DNA from: a virus
Lineage: Duplodnaviria > Caudoviricetes
IMG/VR virus record: IMGVR_UViG_3300027697_000035
Location: 1 to 43,801 of that record
Length of the DNA stretch: 43,801 nucleotides
Strand: one strand, 5' to 3'
Part shown: piece after piece, positions 33,775 through 42,780 of the stretch
How positions within the stretch are numbered: the first letter of the stretch is position 1
Layout of the letters: each line of letters starts with the position of its first letter
The notes under the pieces: generated by a model
Database searches by the model: none
Told to the model about the DNA's origin: nothing
Seen by the model: the letters and a program-made list of their open reading frames with translations, nothing else
Position numbers and translations under genes: made by a program

Positions 33775-33999
33775 TTAAGTTTCCAATTCAATCTTGCTAC
33801 TGGTTTCTTGCAGTACATATCCCGAAGTCTGCATCAGAATGTACCCTATGGTAGGGGTAAGCCCGCCATACACGATGACTTCAGAATCGCCCACAGAGTC
33901 TCCATACCCATTATCGGCATTAGCAACCACCCCCAGCGCAGTGCCGGGGTAATTATTGGCAAAGTCTGCAACACCGGCAAACCCTACTCCGCTAGCCAT
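33775..33999 (-). CDS. hypothetical protein
   Basis: Packed ORF; C-terminal ILMQTSGYVLQETSSKIELE. Confidence 0.6.
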   Translation of the reverse strand: MASGVGFAGVADFANNYPGTALGVVANADNGYGDSVGDSEVIVYGGLTPTIGYILMQTSGYVLQETSSKIELET

Positions 34000-34316
34000 T
34001 AGCCCCCCGGCATCCCGGCTTGAATTACGGTCAACACCGCAGACCCAGCGCCCGCCGTTTGGTTAAGGCGAATCGCCCTTACCGGAAACGCATAGTTACC
34101 ATCCGAACTAGCGGAAAGGCCCGCAAGAGTGGGATGGCTAAACCAAGTGGGGGTCACCGAAGGATCAAACACATCGTCAAACGTATGCTGCACGGTGAAG
34201 GTAGCAGATCCGGTAACAACTACGCCCAACCCGACATTGAAGGGGGATATGTAGTGATCCATCACCGCAGGCGAGGAAATTGAAATCCCATAAGTTTTCA
34301 AAACGATTGGGCGCAT
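33999..34316 (-). CDS. putative virion beta-rich protein
   Basis: FTVQHTFDD...W..H...GNYAFPVRAIRL; packed in the structural operon. Confidence 0.65.
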   Translation of the reverse strand: MRPIVLKTYGISISSPAVMDHYISPFNVGLGVVVTGSATFTVQHTFDDVFDPSVTPTWFSHPTLAGLSASSDGNYAFPVRAIRLNQTAGAGSAVLTVIQAGMPGG

Positions 34317-34334
34317 ATTGTTACCTATTTTTTA

Positions 34335-34826
34335 TTAGGCCGTGAACGCGCCGTTATCGGACACGATGTACTGGATATAACCGGAAACCGTGCTCGCGCT
34401 GCCAGCCGTACCCGTACCCGTACCGCCCGTGATGTACACAAGCTCGGACGAAGAAGCGACCGCGCCCATCGAAGTGCCAGTAGAAGCAGAAGCCCAGTTA
34501 AGCGCCAACTTGGCAGTAGCAGCAGACTGGTTGACGATGAGGCCGCTGTTAGATGCAGTGCCAGTGGTGTTTCCCGTGAAACCAATGTTGAACGTCGGGG
34601 AAGTGCCGCCGGTCGTGGTCGCGTTGGCAAAAATCGCCAAAACAATAGCGTTCTGCGGCAGGATGACCCGCGAAGTGTCAGTCGAAGATTTCTGAACGGC
34701 GGTGCCAGCGGCGGAAATCGGGCTGAAATAAAACGTAGCCGACATAACCATCTGACCGGCATACGCGGTCTTGGTCTGGTCGCCACCACTTGAGCGCCAA
34801 ATAGCAAGGGTAGTAGAAGTAGCCAT
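34335..34826 (-). CDS. putative capsid-associated (decoration) protein
   Basis: GAGGA SD then ATG at 34826; T/S/G/A-rich beta protein (ILPQNAIV...FNIG...YI); first gene after the major capsid gene. Confidence 0.65.
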   Translation of the reverse strand: MATSTTLAIWRSSGGDQTKTAYAGQMVMSATFYFSPISAAGTAVQKSSTDTSRVILPQNAIVLAIFANATTTGGTSPTFNIGFTGNTTGTASNSGLIVNQSAATAKLALNWASASTGTSMGAVASSSELVYITGGTGTGTAGSASTVSGYIQYIVSDNGAFTA

Positions 34827-34833
34827 CAAATTG

Positions 34834-34912
34834 TCCTCTCATGCGAGTTCAGTGTAACCATCTGCATGATGTCAGCCGGGGCGGCTGTTGGTTACACCGG
34901 GAAGCCCCGGAT
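34834..34912 (-). ncRNA. structured RNA element (three interleaved helices), possibly the Mu-gpT-DE motif
   Basis: Complementary pairs 34904-34910/34876-34882 (7 bp), 34889-34897/34852-34860 (9 bp) and 34864-34869/34839-34844 (6 bp), in pseudoknotted order, ending at the SD. The family name is from memory and unverified. Confidence 0.65.
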
Positions 34913-34920
34913 TAAAAATG

Positions 34921-34929
34921 GATATAGCA
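34921..34929 (-). promoter_or_regulatory. possible extended -10 promoter (TGcTATATC)
   Basis: Lies just downstream of the capsid terminator and ~10 nt upstream of the first helix of the structured RNA. Confidence 0.35.
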
Positions 34930-34931
34930 CA

Positions 34932-34970
34932 GAAAAAACCAAAAGAAAAGGGGGCCGAAGCCCCCTTTCC
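34932..34970 (-). terminator. intrinsic terminator after the major capsid gene
   Basis: Minus strand AAAGGGGGC-TTCG-GCCCCCTTT (cUUCGg tetraloop) followed by TCTTTTGGTTTTTT. Confidence 0.9.
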
Positions 34971-34990
34971 TCAAAACCAAGTTAATGGTT

Positions 34991-35902
34991 TTAGGCAGCG
35001 CCGGGAGAACCGAAGATGCCAAGCGGGTCAGACACGCCGAACGAATAACGCTCACGAGCCTTGTAACGCACGTTTCCAGTGTCGAAGTCTCCATCCATTC
35101 CGGTGGACATCGGGGTACGCACGAAGTGCTTGAGGCCATTCGGAACGTCGGTGGTCAGGAACCAGCCGTTGGTGTCGGTCAACCAGTGGTTAACCGTGTA
35201 GCCGCCGGGGATCGAACCATTGTTCTTCAGCGCGTTGATGTCGTTGTCGTTGGTGCCGACGCGAAGCTCGGTTTCGAGCAGGCGGGTGGCGACAAACATC
35301 AGGGCCGGCGGAACAATCAGCTTCTTCGGCTTCGCAGCGATCAGCAGACCACGTTCGTCAGTCCAAGCAGCAATCTGAATGACCGCAGCTTCAAGCGACG
35401 TTTCGTTAAGGTCAGCAGCAGTGCTAGGCGTGTTGCTGTTGGTGCCACCGGAAACCAGCGGGTGCGCGGTGCTGAAGAGCGGCTGACCGTCACCATAGGT
35501 GACCGCGCCATTGAAGCCCTGATTCAACACATAAGCAGCTTTCACCTGTTTGGTGTAAGCCATCGCACGGGCCAGCGCCTTGGTGTAGCGGCTGGACAGC
35601 GAGTCGTAGAGGTTATCTTCGACAGCTTCTTCCGTGATCGAAAAGCCCATCGCAATGGTTTCGTGGTTGTAACGAGCAGTCCACGCTTCCTGTGCGTTGT
35701 CGTACTGGATAGCCTGACCTTCGTTCTTCACCGGAGCAGCCGAGAAGCCCGACAGCTTGGTTTCTTCTTCAAAAGAACGCTCGGAAGATTCAGTTTCGTA
35801 AATCTCCTTGTGCTCTTCGCCGTAACGGTTGTACTCAAGACCAAACAGGGCGTTAAGACCCGGAAGGAGTTCTTTAAGTAGCTGAGCGCGTGAAATTGCC
35901 AT
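34991..35902 (-). CDS. major capsid protein (HK97 fold, Mu gpT-like family)
   Basis: AAGGAG SD; strongly biased codon usage; MAISRAQLLKELLPGLNALFGLEY, DGQPLFSTAHPL, PKKLIVPPAL, YKARERYSFG; followed by a strong terminator. Confidence 0.9.
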   Translation of the reverse strand: MAISRAQLLKELLPGLNALFGLEYNRYGEEHKEIYETESSERSFEEETKLSGFSAAPVKNEGQAIQYDNAQEAWTARYNHETIAMGFSITEEAVEDNLYDSLSSRYTKALARAMAYTKQVKAAYVLNQGFNGAVTYGDGQPLFSTAHPLVSGGTNSNTPSTAADLNETSLEAAVIQIAAWTDERGLLIAAKPKKLIVPPALMFVATRLLETELRVGTNDNDINALKNNGSIPGGYTVNHWLTDTNGWFLTTDVPNGLKHFVRTPMSTGMDGDFDTGNVRYKARERYSFGVSDPLGIFGSPGAA

Positions 35903-35915
35903 TTGTAATTACTCC

Positions 35916-36731
35916 TTAGGTCGCAACGGCAGCGCCGGTGCTGTTGTAATACGAATGCCAGCCCTGATTGAACTTAACCAGCACCTCAGGGGAGCCAGCG
36001 AAGGTCAGCGTGGTGGCGCTCGCGAGGTTGACAGCAACCTGCAAGGTCAGGGTGGTGCCGCTGATGCTGACAACATAGTTGCCCGCCGCAATACCCGTGC
36101 CCGTGACAGTCATGTACGGATAGATATTGGCGTTAGCAGCCGCCAGAGTCACCGTGGTGGACGAACCAGAGGTCGTACCGGAAGCAGTGGTGGACACCGC
36201 AGAAGCCGGGACAAGGCCAATGACGCGCATAATCTTGGCAGAAGCAGCCGGAGCCGCACCACCAACCGCCACAGCGGAGTCGCCCGTCGAAGTAGAACCC
36301 GTGTTCTGAAGCAGGCCCACGTTCTTACCAACAGCCCACTGACCGGCATAAGCCAGCGTGGTGCCGGTGCTGCAAATCGCAGCCTGATAGATCGCATCCG
36401 GGTCATCGCTAACATACGCAACAGCGTCAGTCGCAGCAGTGCTGGCAAGCCAATACTGGAAGCGGTTCTTACCAAAAATCGGGCCACCCGTGCTGCTGTA
36501 TTCGCAGCCAAGGAACACACCAACGATACCGGCAGTAGCCGAAGTGCCCGAGGTGGTGCCGTTCTTGACAATCGTGCCGTCCGTCGTCAGTTCAACGAGG
36601 TCGCCGTAGAAAATGCTGGTGCTATAGCCGTTCGCAATCGGAAACATCCGAGTCGAACCGGCAAACACCTGCCCGCCGATCAAATTGACCGGACGTAGCC
36701 CGTAAGGGGCTGAGACAGTAGGATAAGCCAT
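35916..36731 (-). CDS. putative capsid-associated / decoration protein
   Basis: AGGAG SD; APYGLRPV, IFYGDLV, GVFLGCEY, YVSDDPD; immediately upstream of the MCP with similar codon bias. Confidence 0.65.
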   Translation of the reverse strand: MAYPTVSAPYGLRPVNLIGGQVFAGSTRMFPIANGYSTSIFYGDLVELTTDGTIVKNGTTSGTSATAGIVGVFLGCEYSSTGGPIFGKNRFQYWLASTAATDAVAYVSDDPDAIYQAAICSTGTTLAYAGQWAVGKNVGLLQNTGSTSTGDSAVAVGGAAPAASAKIMRVIGLVPASAVSTTASGTTSGSSTTVTLAAANANIYPYMTVTGTGIAAGNYVVSISGTTLTLQVAVNLASATTLTFAGSPEVLVKFNQGWHSYYNSTGAAVAT

Positions 36732-36753
36732 GTTTAGCTCCTAAATTCCTAAA

Positions 36754-37209
36754 TTATTTAACAAGACCTTTGCCAAAAGTAACTTGAGTTTTCTTGTCCT
36801 TAAACATCGGCATACGGGGGTCATTCTCCCGCATGTAGTTGTTATCCACAGACGCCACATTATCTTCAGTGAGTTTCTGATAATGAGCGGTGCGTTGGGC
36901 AACAAACTCGCTGGGGGTCTTACACAAGATAAGCCCACCGGACTCAATAGAGTCCTTAAACCGACTGTTTGGATCGGCCATTGTAAATGCCTCAGGATGT
37001 TCCGAAGCCTTCACGGGTTCCCAACCTTCTCGTAGTTTGGACGAGATGTTGTTTACATCAGGGGTGCCCAAGGTGCTGATACGAATCCAGCGGTAGGAGT
37101 ATCCCGGTTCCTGATTAACCTCAGGAAGCAGCGAAGGCGGTGCCCAACTCTTGGGTCGGGAAGACGCTTCACGGGTATCCATGTCACGAGAAATTCTGTT
37201 TTCAGCCAT
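36754..37209 (-). CDS. conserved phage hypothetical protein (head module)
   Basis: GGTGA SD before ATG 37209; WAPPSLLP, YRWIR, REGWEPV, GGLILCK. Confidence 0.75.
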   Translation of the reverse strand: MAENRISRDMDTREASSRPKSWAPPSLLPEVNQEPGYSYRWIRISTLGTPDVNNISSKLREGWEPVKASEHPEAFTMADPNSRFKDSIESGGLILCKTPSEFVAQRTAHYQKLTEDNVASVDNNYMRENDPRMPMFKDKKTQVTFGKGLVK

Positions 37210-38119
37210 TGGTGTCACCATTCAATTTGATCATTTCTTTTGCGTATTGCTCTGGGGTCAGCCCAAGTCTCTTAGCCAAAGAAACTTGCGTTGCCGTCAA
37301 CGTAACTTTGCGGGGGGCCGTAGAACGCTTTGCGGAAGCCACCACCGTAGCGGGGCGTTTCTTATCGCTACCCTCAAAATTTTCCGGGAATCTACGCCGC
37401 ATTTCCTTATCAATGCGCGAATAGTATTCGTCAGAAGTAGGGTCTACGCCTTCACCCACCAAGTCTTCATGCAAACCAAAAGCCATGCTAGTCATGACGC
37501 GGTTTTCGCCAAACCAAGGGTTACGTTTCTGCCACGCAACCGCTTTGGGATCGACTTTAGGAGCCGCATCTTCAACAGGGGCTACAGACCACCCGTCGTT
37601 GTTGGCGGTATTTACTACATTTTTTTCGGGTTGTCCAGCGTCTTCTTCGTACTTTGGACGGTAGTTTTCTACCTGCTTGAGTTTAAGTTTTACATCAAGG
37701 AGGTTTTCCTGTGCCGCAGTCAGTCGGTCTGAGTCGCCGCTGTCATAAGCATCCTTAAACTCTCGCTTGGCTACCTCAAGCTCCCGCTCAAATGCCACCT
37801 TTGCCGAATCCACATACGCCTGTTCGCCCGTATGCAGATTCTTTTTCAGCGTCTTGTTCTCATCCGCAAACCGCTGAAGCAACGCCACTGCTTCCTCGCG
37901 CTCGCGTAACGCAGCTTCTTTGGCACGGCGCTCGTCGTGCCAAACCTTTTTCAGTTGCTTGGCTTTCTCTTTGGAGAACTCTTCAAGCTCATCGTCTTCA
38001 AGGTTCTTGACGATTTCTTCCGGCATCGGCTCCTTATTACGGTCTTCCTCCGGGGTGTCGTCTTCAACCTCAATCTCAAAATCGTCTTCCAACTCGGCCA
38101 CGTTCTTGTCGGTCGCCAT
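37202..38119 (-). CDS. putative capsid scaffolding protein
   Basis: Acidic N-terminus, long coiled coil, W..RNPWFG, and C-terminal LTATQVSLAKRLGLTPEQYAK; located between portal and MCP. Confidence 0.7.
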   Translation of the reverse strand: MATDKNVAELEDDFEIEVEDDTPEEDRNKEPMPEEIVKNLEDDELEEFSKEKAKQLKKVWHDERRAKEAALREREEAVALLQRFADENKTLKKNLHTGEQAYVDSAKVAFERELEVAKREFKDAYDSGDSDRLTAAQENLLDVKLKLKQVENYRPKYEEDAGQPEKNVVNTANNDGWSVAPVEDAAPKVDPKAVAWQKRNPWFGENRVMTSMAFGLHEDLVGEGVDPTSDEYYSRIDKEMRRRFPENFEGSDKKRPATVVASAKRSTAPRKVTLTATQVSLAKRLGLTPEQYAKEMIKLNGDTNG

Positions 38120-38129
38120 GTGTTATCTC

Positions 38130-38480
38130 CTAGCCTCGGTGAATGCCACGCGGATCTTCCACTACACCCTCGACGCTATCGTCGTTGATGAGCCGGAAAG
38201 ATTTCCCGTGGATGTGAACTCGCGAACCCGCGTGCGGGCGAACAAGGATAAAGTCCCCTTCTTTGCAGTAAGGGCCGGTCGGGAACCGTGAGGCGTCGGA
38301 ATAGCAATCCGGCCCCATCTTGACTACGAAAAGCACCGTAGTCATCAATTCCTCGTCCTTAATCGTTTTCTCCGCTTTGAGGAGGCCGCTATCGAATTTT
38401 GCTTCGATGTCAGGAATAGCGCACAGGATTTTGTAGCCTGTGGGGGTAGGCAATTGTGTTGCCTGTTGCTCATCGGTCAT
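38130..38480 (-). CDS. groES: GroES-like co-chaperonin (cpn10)
   Basis: PTGYKIL, mobile loop KFDSGLL, VVKMGPDCY, CKEGDFIL, GKSFRLINDDSVEGVV. Confidence 0.85.
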   Translation of the reverse strand: MTDEQQATQLPTPTGYKILCAIPDIEAKFDSGLLKAEKTIKDEELMTTVLFVVKMGPDCYSDASRFPTGPYCKEGDFILVRPHAGSRVHIHGKSFRLINDDSVEGVVEDPRGIHRG

Positions 38481-38662
38481 TAATCGTTCTCCAAGTTGGT
38501 TTTAATGTCATCCACATAGCGTTTTACCGCCAACATCCCGTTCAAACAACCACACACATACCGATATTCCGCATAATCCTTGGCTGCACCAGCACCCAAA
38601 TCTTCCTGCGTTATATGAACTTTTCGTTCAATTTCTTCAATAATTAGGTCGATTACGGTCAT
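38480..38662 (-). CDS. hypothetical protein
   Basis: 60 aa helical hairpin (DYAEYRYVCG.LNG), coupled to both the portal and groES genes. Confidence 0.75.
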   Translation of the reverse strand: MTVIDLIIEEIERKVHITQEDLGAGAAKDYAEYRYVCGCLNGMLAVKRYVDDIKTNLEND

Positions 38663-41196
38663 TTTTTGGATTCTTTCTCAGGTTTTTGAGCCTGTTGCTG
38701 CGCTTGTTGGACGGCTTGATGTGTGCGGTCTTGCACTTTTTGCCGGTTCTGATGGAGTCGGTCTTGCTGTTTTTCCCGCTCCACATGTCCAAGTTTAGTC
38801 ATTTCCAGTTGAGCTTTCATGCCAAGCTCTTGTCCTTTTATCTCCTGCTGCTTGTCAACTTTACCCGCTTCAAGCGCCAATTTAGCCTGTTGAATCTGAA
38901 TATCCGCTTGCTGCGCCTGTGCTTTAAGTTGTAACTCTGCCTGTTGATTCTGCGCTTTAAGTTGAATCTCTTGCTGCCGCAGTTTTAGCTCTTCGCGCTG
39001 AATGATGTTCAGCGGGTCTTGAGCTTCTTGCTGCTGTTGCGCCTGAGCAGCCTCGGCTTGGTTTTTCTGCGTCAACTGCGCCTGCGCCTGCGCGACCAGC
39101 TTGGACAACTGCACCTCAACTTCTTCCGGCAACTGCTCATCCGGCGGCGGCAGGGCAACGCCCAACTGCTCTTCAATTTGTCTGCGGTACGCAAACCCAA
39201 GATGCTCGCTGATGTGATCCATCCCCGCCGCCGCAATAGCCTGCGCCTTCGGATTATTCTGCATCAACTGGGCAACTTTGGGGTCTTGGCTCATCCCCAT
39301 ATGTACCGCAATGTGCGCCTCATGGTCTTGGTACATGAACGCCTTGACCGGCTTGCCAGCAAGAATGTCCATGTTCTCCGACACAGGGTCACGCGGTTTC
39401 TGGTCTTCTTCAGTCGGAATGATTTTCCCAATGTTCCGCACACCCAACACCTCAAGCATCTGCTTGTGAAGCTCCGGGAGGTCATAGATTTGGGGGGAAG
39501 ACTGAGCAAGCTGCATCACCGCCTGCCACTGCGTGACCTTCTGCGCCATCGTGGAAGCGTTGGGGTCGGACACGGGGATAACGTCCACCATGTCGTAGTC
39601 GGCCTTCTTAGCCTTCCTACCGCCCTCTTCCGGCTCGTAGTCGTACTCGTCAGGAGTGAAGTCGCGGATTATGGAGGCGAGGAGGCGCAACTCCCTCTTC
39701 ATCGCGTAATGCACGCGACTGTGGACGCTCGACATCACTTTCAGACTGCGCTCAAGAATAGCCAACGTGGTGCCCACCGGAGACTGTGCGGACATATCCG
39801 AGGCGTTGAGGTCGGTGGTGCTGGCGAACTTGCGCCCCTCATCCACGATGTTCTGCATCAAAGTGAAGAGAACTTGGCTAGGCTCCTTGTACGGCAACGT
39901 CATAATGTTGTCTTTGATGGTGCCAGAGGCCACATCAACATCACGGAACTCACCGGGGGAAATGGGCGTGTCGTCCCCCTTAATCCTCATCCCTCGCGTC
40001 TTGAACCCACCCGGTAGGTTGGACAGTGTGCCCGCGTCCACAAGCTGGCGAATGAGCGACGTACCAGACTTGGCAAAGCTACCCAGAAGGTGCACCAAAC
40101 CAAAAGCATAAAAGCCAAAACCGGGAATATAGGGATAATGAACAAAGTGCTCGCGCTTAAGTTTTTTCTCATCGTCAGGTGCCCAGTTACGATAGATTGC
40201 TAGGACGGTTTGGGTGGACTTCTCAATGGTCACGACGTAAGGCAGCGCAATACCGCCCATCTCCATCTCATCGCTGTCGGCCTCGGGGTCTTTCTCGTCG
40301 TATTCCGACAAATCCAAATCCACATGCACTTCTAAAATTTTGAACCGCTCGTCGCTCGTGGCACTAAAGCCCATGTTCTCCGCAATCTTCTTCTCGACTT
40401 CGTCGAGGTTGCCCCGCGTCGGCTCACCAAGGTCAATGTCCCGGTAGAACCCACTGGCTTGCAGCTTGATGACCTCATTCTTGGATTTCCGCATCACATG
40501 GGTGACGCGCTCGGCAGTGTCCAAGTTAGACGCACCGTAGGGCACCACAAGGTCTTCCGCAGGGACATAAAGGGAAATCTGCCGCTCTAGTGCCGGGTCG
40601 TAATACACTTTCTTGAAGGCATTGCCACTTAGCCCCAGCCCCCACAGCATCCGCTCATGCTCGGGCCGGTACTCGGTCATGACCTCCGTCAACTGGAAGT
40701 TCATATCCGCCGCTACGTTGACCGACGCCTGCTTTTTCTCCGGCGTCTCCTTACCAATGATGGTCGTCTTCACCGGCCCACTCGGCGGGAAAGTCTCCAT
40801 GATGGTCTCGGCTTGGAACTTAACGAGGGCTTCTGAAAGAAGCGGGTGAAACACGCCGCACGCACCACTCCACGGCTCAGTGCGCTGCTCGATCCGCAAT
40901 CCCAGCAACTCCAACCCGTCAATATAAGTCTGCAACCAGTCTTTGCGCGAAGCAGTGTCGCCGTCGAACGCCTCAAGGAGGTCGCCGGCAATGGAGTTCA
41001 ACGTCCCCTCGTCCATGTCCTCGGCAAGGTTCTTGTAAAACTCCTCAACTTCCGGTGAGTCTTCGTCCTCGATGGGTTCCCCAAGAAGCTCCGCAAGGGC
41101 AAACTCGGCACCGGACGGCGGGGTGTTGTCTTCTCCCGGCAGGGTGGAACCGTCGTCAATTACTTCGACTTCAATCTGCATCTCTTCGTCGCCCAT
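38659..41196 (-). CDS. portal protein with long Gln-rich C-terminal coiled coil
   Basis: Directly after TerL; HPLLSEALVKFQA, GNAFKKVYYD, GFYAFGLVHL, RQLVDAGTLSNLPGG, PVSDPN. Confidence 0.9.
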   Translation of the reverse strand: MGDEEMQIEVEVIDDGSTLPGEDNTPPSGAEFALAELLGEPIEDEDSPEVEEFYKNLAEDMDEGTLNSIAGDLLEAFDGDTASRKDWLQTYIDGLELLGLRIEQRTEPWSGACGVFHPLLSEALVKFQAETIMETFPPSGPVKTTIIGKETPEKKQASVNVAADMNFQLTEVMTEYRPEHERMLWGLGLSGNAFKKVYYDPALERQISLYVPAEDLVVPYGASNLDTAERVTHVMRKSKNEVIKLQASGFYRDIDLGEPTRGNLDEVEKKIAENMGFSATSDERFKILEVHVDLDLSEYDEKDPEADSDEMEMGGIALPYVVTIEKSTQTVLAIYRNWAPDDEKKLKREHFVHYPYIPGFGFYAFGLVHLLGSFAKSGTSLIRQLVDAGTLSNLPGGFKTRGMRIKGDDTPISPGEFRDVDVASGTIKDNIMTLPYKEPSQVLFTLMQNIVDEGRKFASTTDLNASDMSAQSPVGTTLAILERSLKVMSSVHSRVHYAMKRELRLLASIIRDFTPDEYDYEPEEGGRKAKKADYDMVDVIPVSDPNASTMAQKVTQWQAVMQLAQSSPQIYDLPELHKQMLEVLGVRNIGKIIPTEEDQKPRDPVSENMDILAGKPVKAFMYQDHEAHIAVHMGMSQDPKVAQLMQNNPKAQAIAAAGMDHISEHLGFAYRRQIEEQLGVALPPPDEQLPEEVEVQLSKLVAQAQAQLTQKNQAEAAQAQQQQEAQDPLNIIQREELKLRQQEIQLKAQNQQAELQLKAQAQQADIQIQQAKLALEAGKVDKQQEIKGQELGMKAQLEMTKLGHVEREKQQDRLHQNRQKVQDRTHQAVQQAQQQAQKPEKESKK

Positions 41197-41208
41197 CTGT
41201 CGTTCCTC

Positions 41209-42780
41209 TTAATAATACGGTTTGCGGTTAGGGTTGCGATACCGCAGGGAAATCTCTTCATCCGGCTCGTCCAACGTCGTGCGGATATACCCGCCCTGAC
41301 GAAACCGCATCATCGCCATAGACACCGAGTCAACGTAGTCGTCGTGGTCGCCAGCAGGAAAACTCGCCACTTCCTCTATCACTTCCTCTGCCCACCGCGT
41401 CTCCGGCACCCATACTCTACCAGAAGCAAAAATATCGGATACAGCATTAAGTCGGGAAATCTTGTCGTTACCTTTGGTTGGCGTGAACTCCTGTACAGGA
41501 ATACCCATCGAACGAAGCTCATAAATGAGTGGCGCACCGGACGCCTTTTTCTCAATAATTACCCCATCAGGCTCCCAGTCCTTATACTGACTGACTACTA
41601 CCCGCTTTAACTCAGGAAATTCCATCCGGTCACGGAATGCGTTGAGGAGGATGATATTAGCCTGCGGCTTCCCACGCTCCGCTTTACTAACCTCCCAATC
41701 ACTCCCATCGTCATCCAAATAAAACACACCCCAAGTGGTGCAGGCCGAGTAGTCCGCACGGTTATTCTTCTCAAACGCCGTATCCCACGACATGAGCACA
41801 AACTCACATTGAGGGGGATTTTCATCCTCCCAAACCCTCCACCACTCACGCTTAATAATCGCCGACGCTTCGCTCGTCGGGTCTTGCATGTACTGCGCCA
41901 TCCACTTGGAATGCGGCAACTCACTCCGCAGCACTGCTAACTCTTCATACGGCCAGAACTCGGGCCATAACGGCTTGCCGCTGGGCATGATGGCGGGAAA
42001 ATCGATCACCTCCCACTCCTCTCCCTCGCGCATCGCCGCTGCTTTTAACACCTGAGCAGTCAGGTCACGCTTACTCCAGCGTGTCATTACAATGACGATG
42101 GCACCGCCCGGCTGTAACCGCTGTCGTGGGCCTGATGTGTACCACTCATAGGTCTTGTCGTAGACCTCGGGGTTGGTTTCGGCAATGGTCGCCTCTTGTT
42201 CTGAGTGCGGGTCGTCAATGATCAAAAGGTCTGCACCCTTACCCGTCACCGCACCGCCAACACCAATCGCAAAATAGTCGCCCCCCTTGCTCGTATTCCA
42301 CCGCCCAGCCGCCTTTGAGTCCACTTGCAACACAGTCTCGGGGAAAATATCCCTGTAATTCTCCTCATCCACCAAATTTCGGACTTTTCGACCAAAATTT
42401 ACGGCCAATTCAGCCGTGTGAGACGTTTGAATGACCTTTTTCTCGGGATATTTACCCAAAAACCACGCCGGAAGTAGATAAGAAGCAAATTCCGACTTAG
42501 TATGCCGAGGGGGCATGTTGATGATGAGGCGTTTGCACTCCCCACGGGCCACTTTCTCAAACGCACGGGCCATAATCTTGTGATGCCGACCCGAAATGAA
42601 CCCCGGCCACATCCGCTGCACAAACGGAATGAACTCCTTCTGACACTTCTCCCGCCTCTTTATCTCCTCCAGCCGGTTTAAGTCGTGAAGCAAACTCCGT
42701 TGCTCGGTTTCAGACAAAGTGGGAAGAAGTTTAAGAAGGTTCGCAAGCGTCTCCTCGTCCAAATCAAAGTTCAAACTCAC
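41209..42780 (-). CDS. terL: terminase large subunit
   Basis: INMPPRHTKS (Walker A variant), LLIIDDPH, VMTRW, AQYMQDP, nuclease SWDTAF...ADYSA, IEKKASG, FPAGDHDDYVDS. Confidence 0.95.
   Translation of the reverse strand: MSLNFDLDEETLANLLKLLPTLSETEQRSLLHDLNRLEEIKRREKCQKEFIPFVQRMWPGFISGRHHKIMARAFEKVARGECKRLIINMPPRHTKSEFASYLLPAWFLGKYPEKKVIQTSHTAELAVNFGRKVRNLVDEENYRDIFPETVLQVDSKAAGRWNTSKGGDYFAIGVGGAVTGKGADLLIIDDPHSEQEATIAETNPEVYDKTYEWYTSGPRQRLQPGGAIVIVMTRWSKRDLTAQVLKAAAMREGEEWEVIDFPAIMPSGKPLWPEFWPYEELAVLRSELPHSKWMAQYMQDPTSEASAIIKREWWRVWEDENPPQCEFVLMSWDTAFEKNNRADYSACTTWGVFYLDDDGSDWEVSKAERGKPQANIILLNAFRDRMEFPELKRVVVSQYKDWEPDGVIIEKKASGAPLIYELRSMGIPVQEFTPTKGNDKISRLNAVSDIFASGRVWVPETRWAEEVIEEVASFPAGDHDDYVDSVSMAMMRFRQGGYIRTTLDEPDEEISLRYRNPNRKPYY

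Noticed and set aside
34985-36698. Long + strand ORFs (298 aa and 247 aa) opposite the capsid genes
   Set aside because: Antisense shadows caused by the strong codon bias of the minus-strand genes; no RBS or recognisable motifs.
39019-40017. 332-aa + strand ORF, and similar ones at 32160-33023 and 10659-11381
   Set aside because: Antisense to well-supported genes (portal, basic protein, giant protein), with shadow-like composition.
41209-42780. Intein or intron in the terminase (also checked polymerase, helicase and primase)
   Set aside because: Motifs are contiguous and protein lengths are ordinary; no C...HN splice signature or LAGLIDADG block seen.
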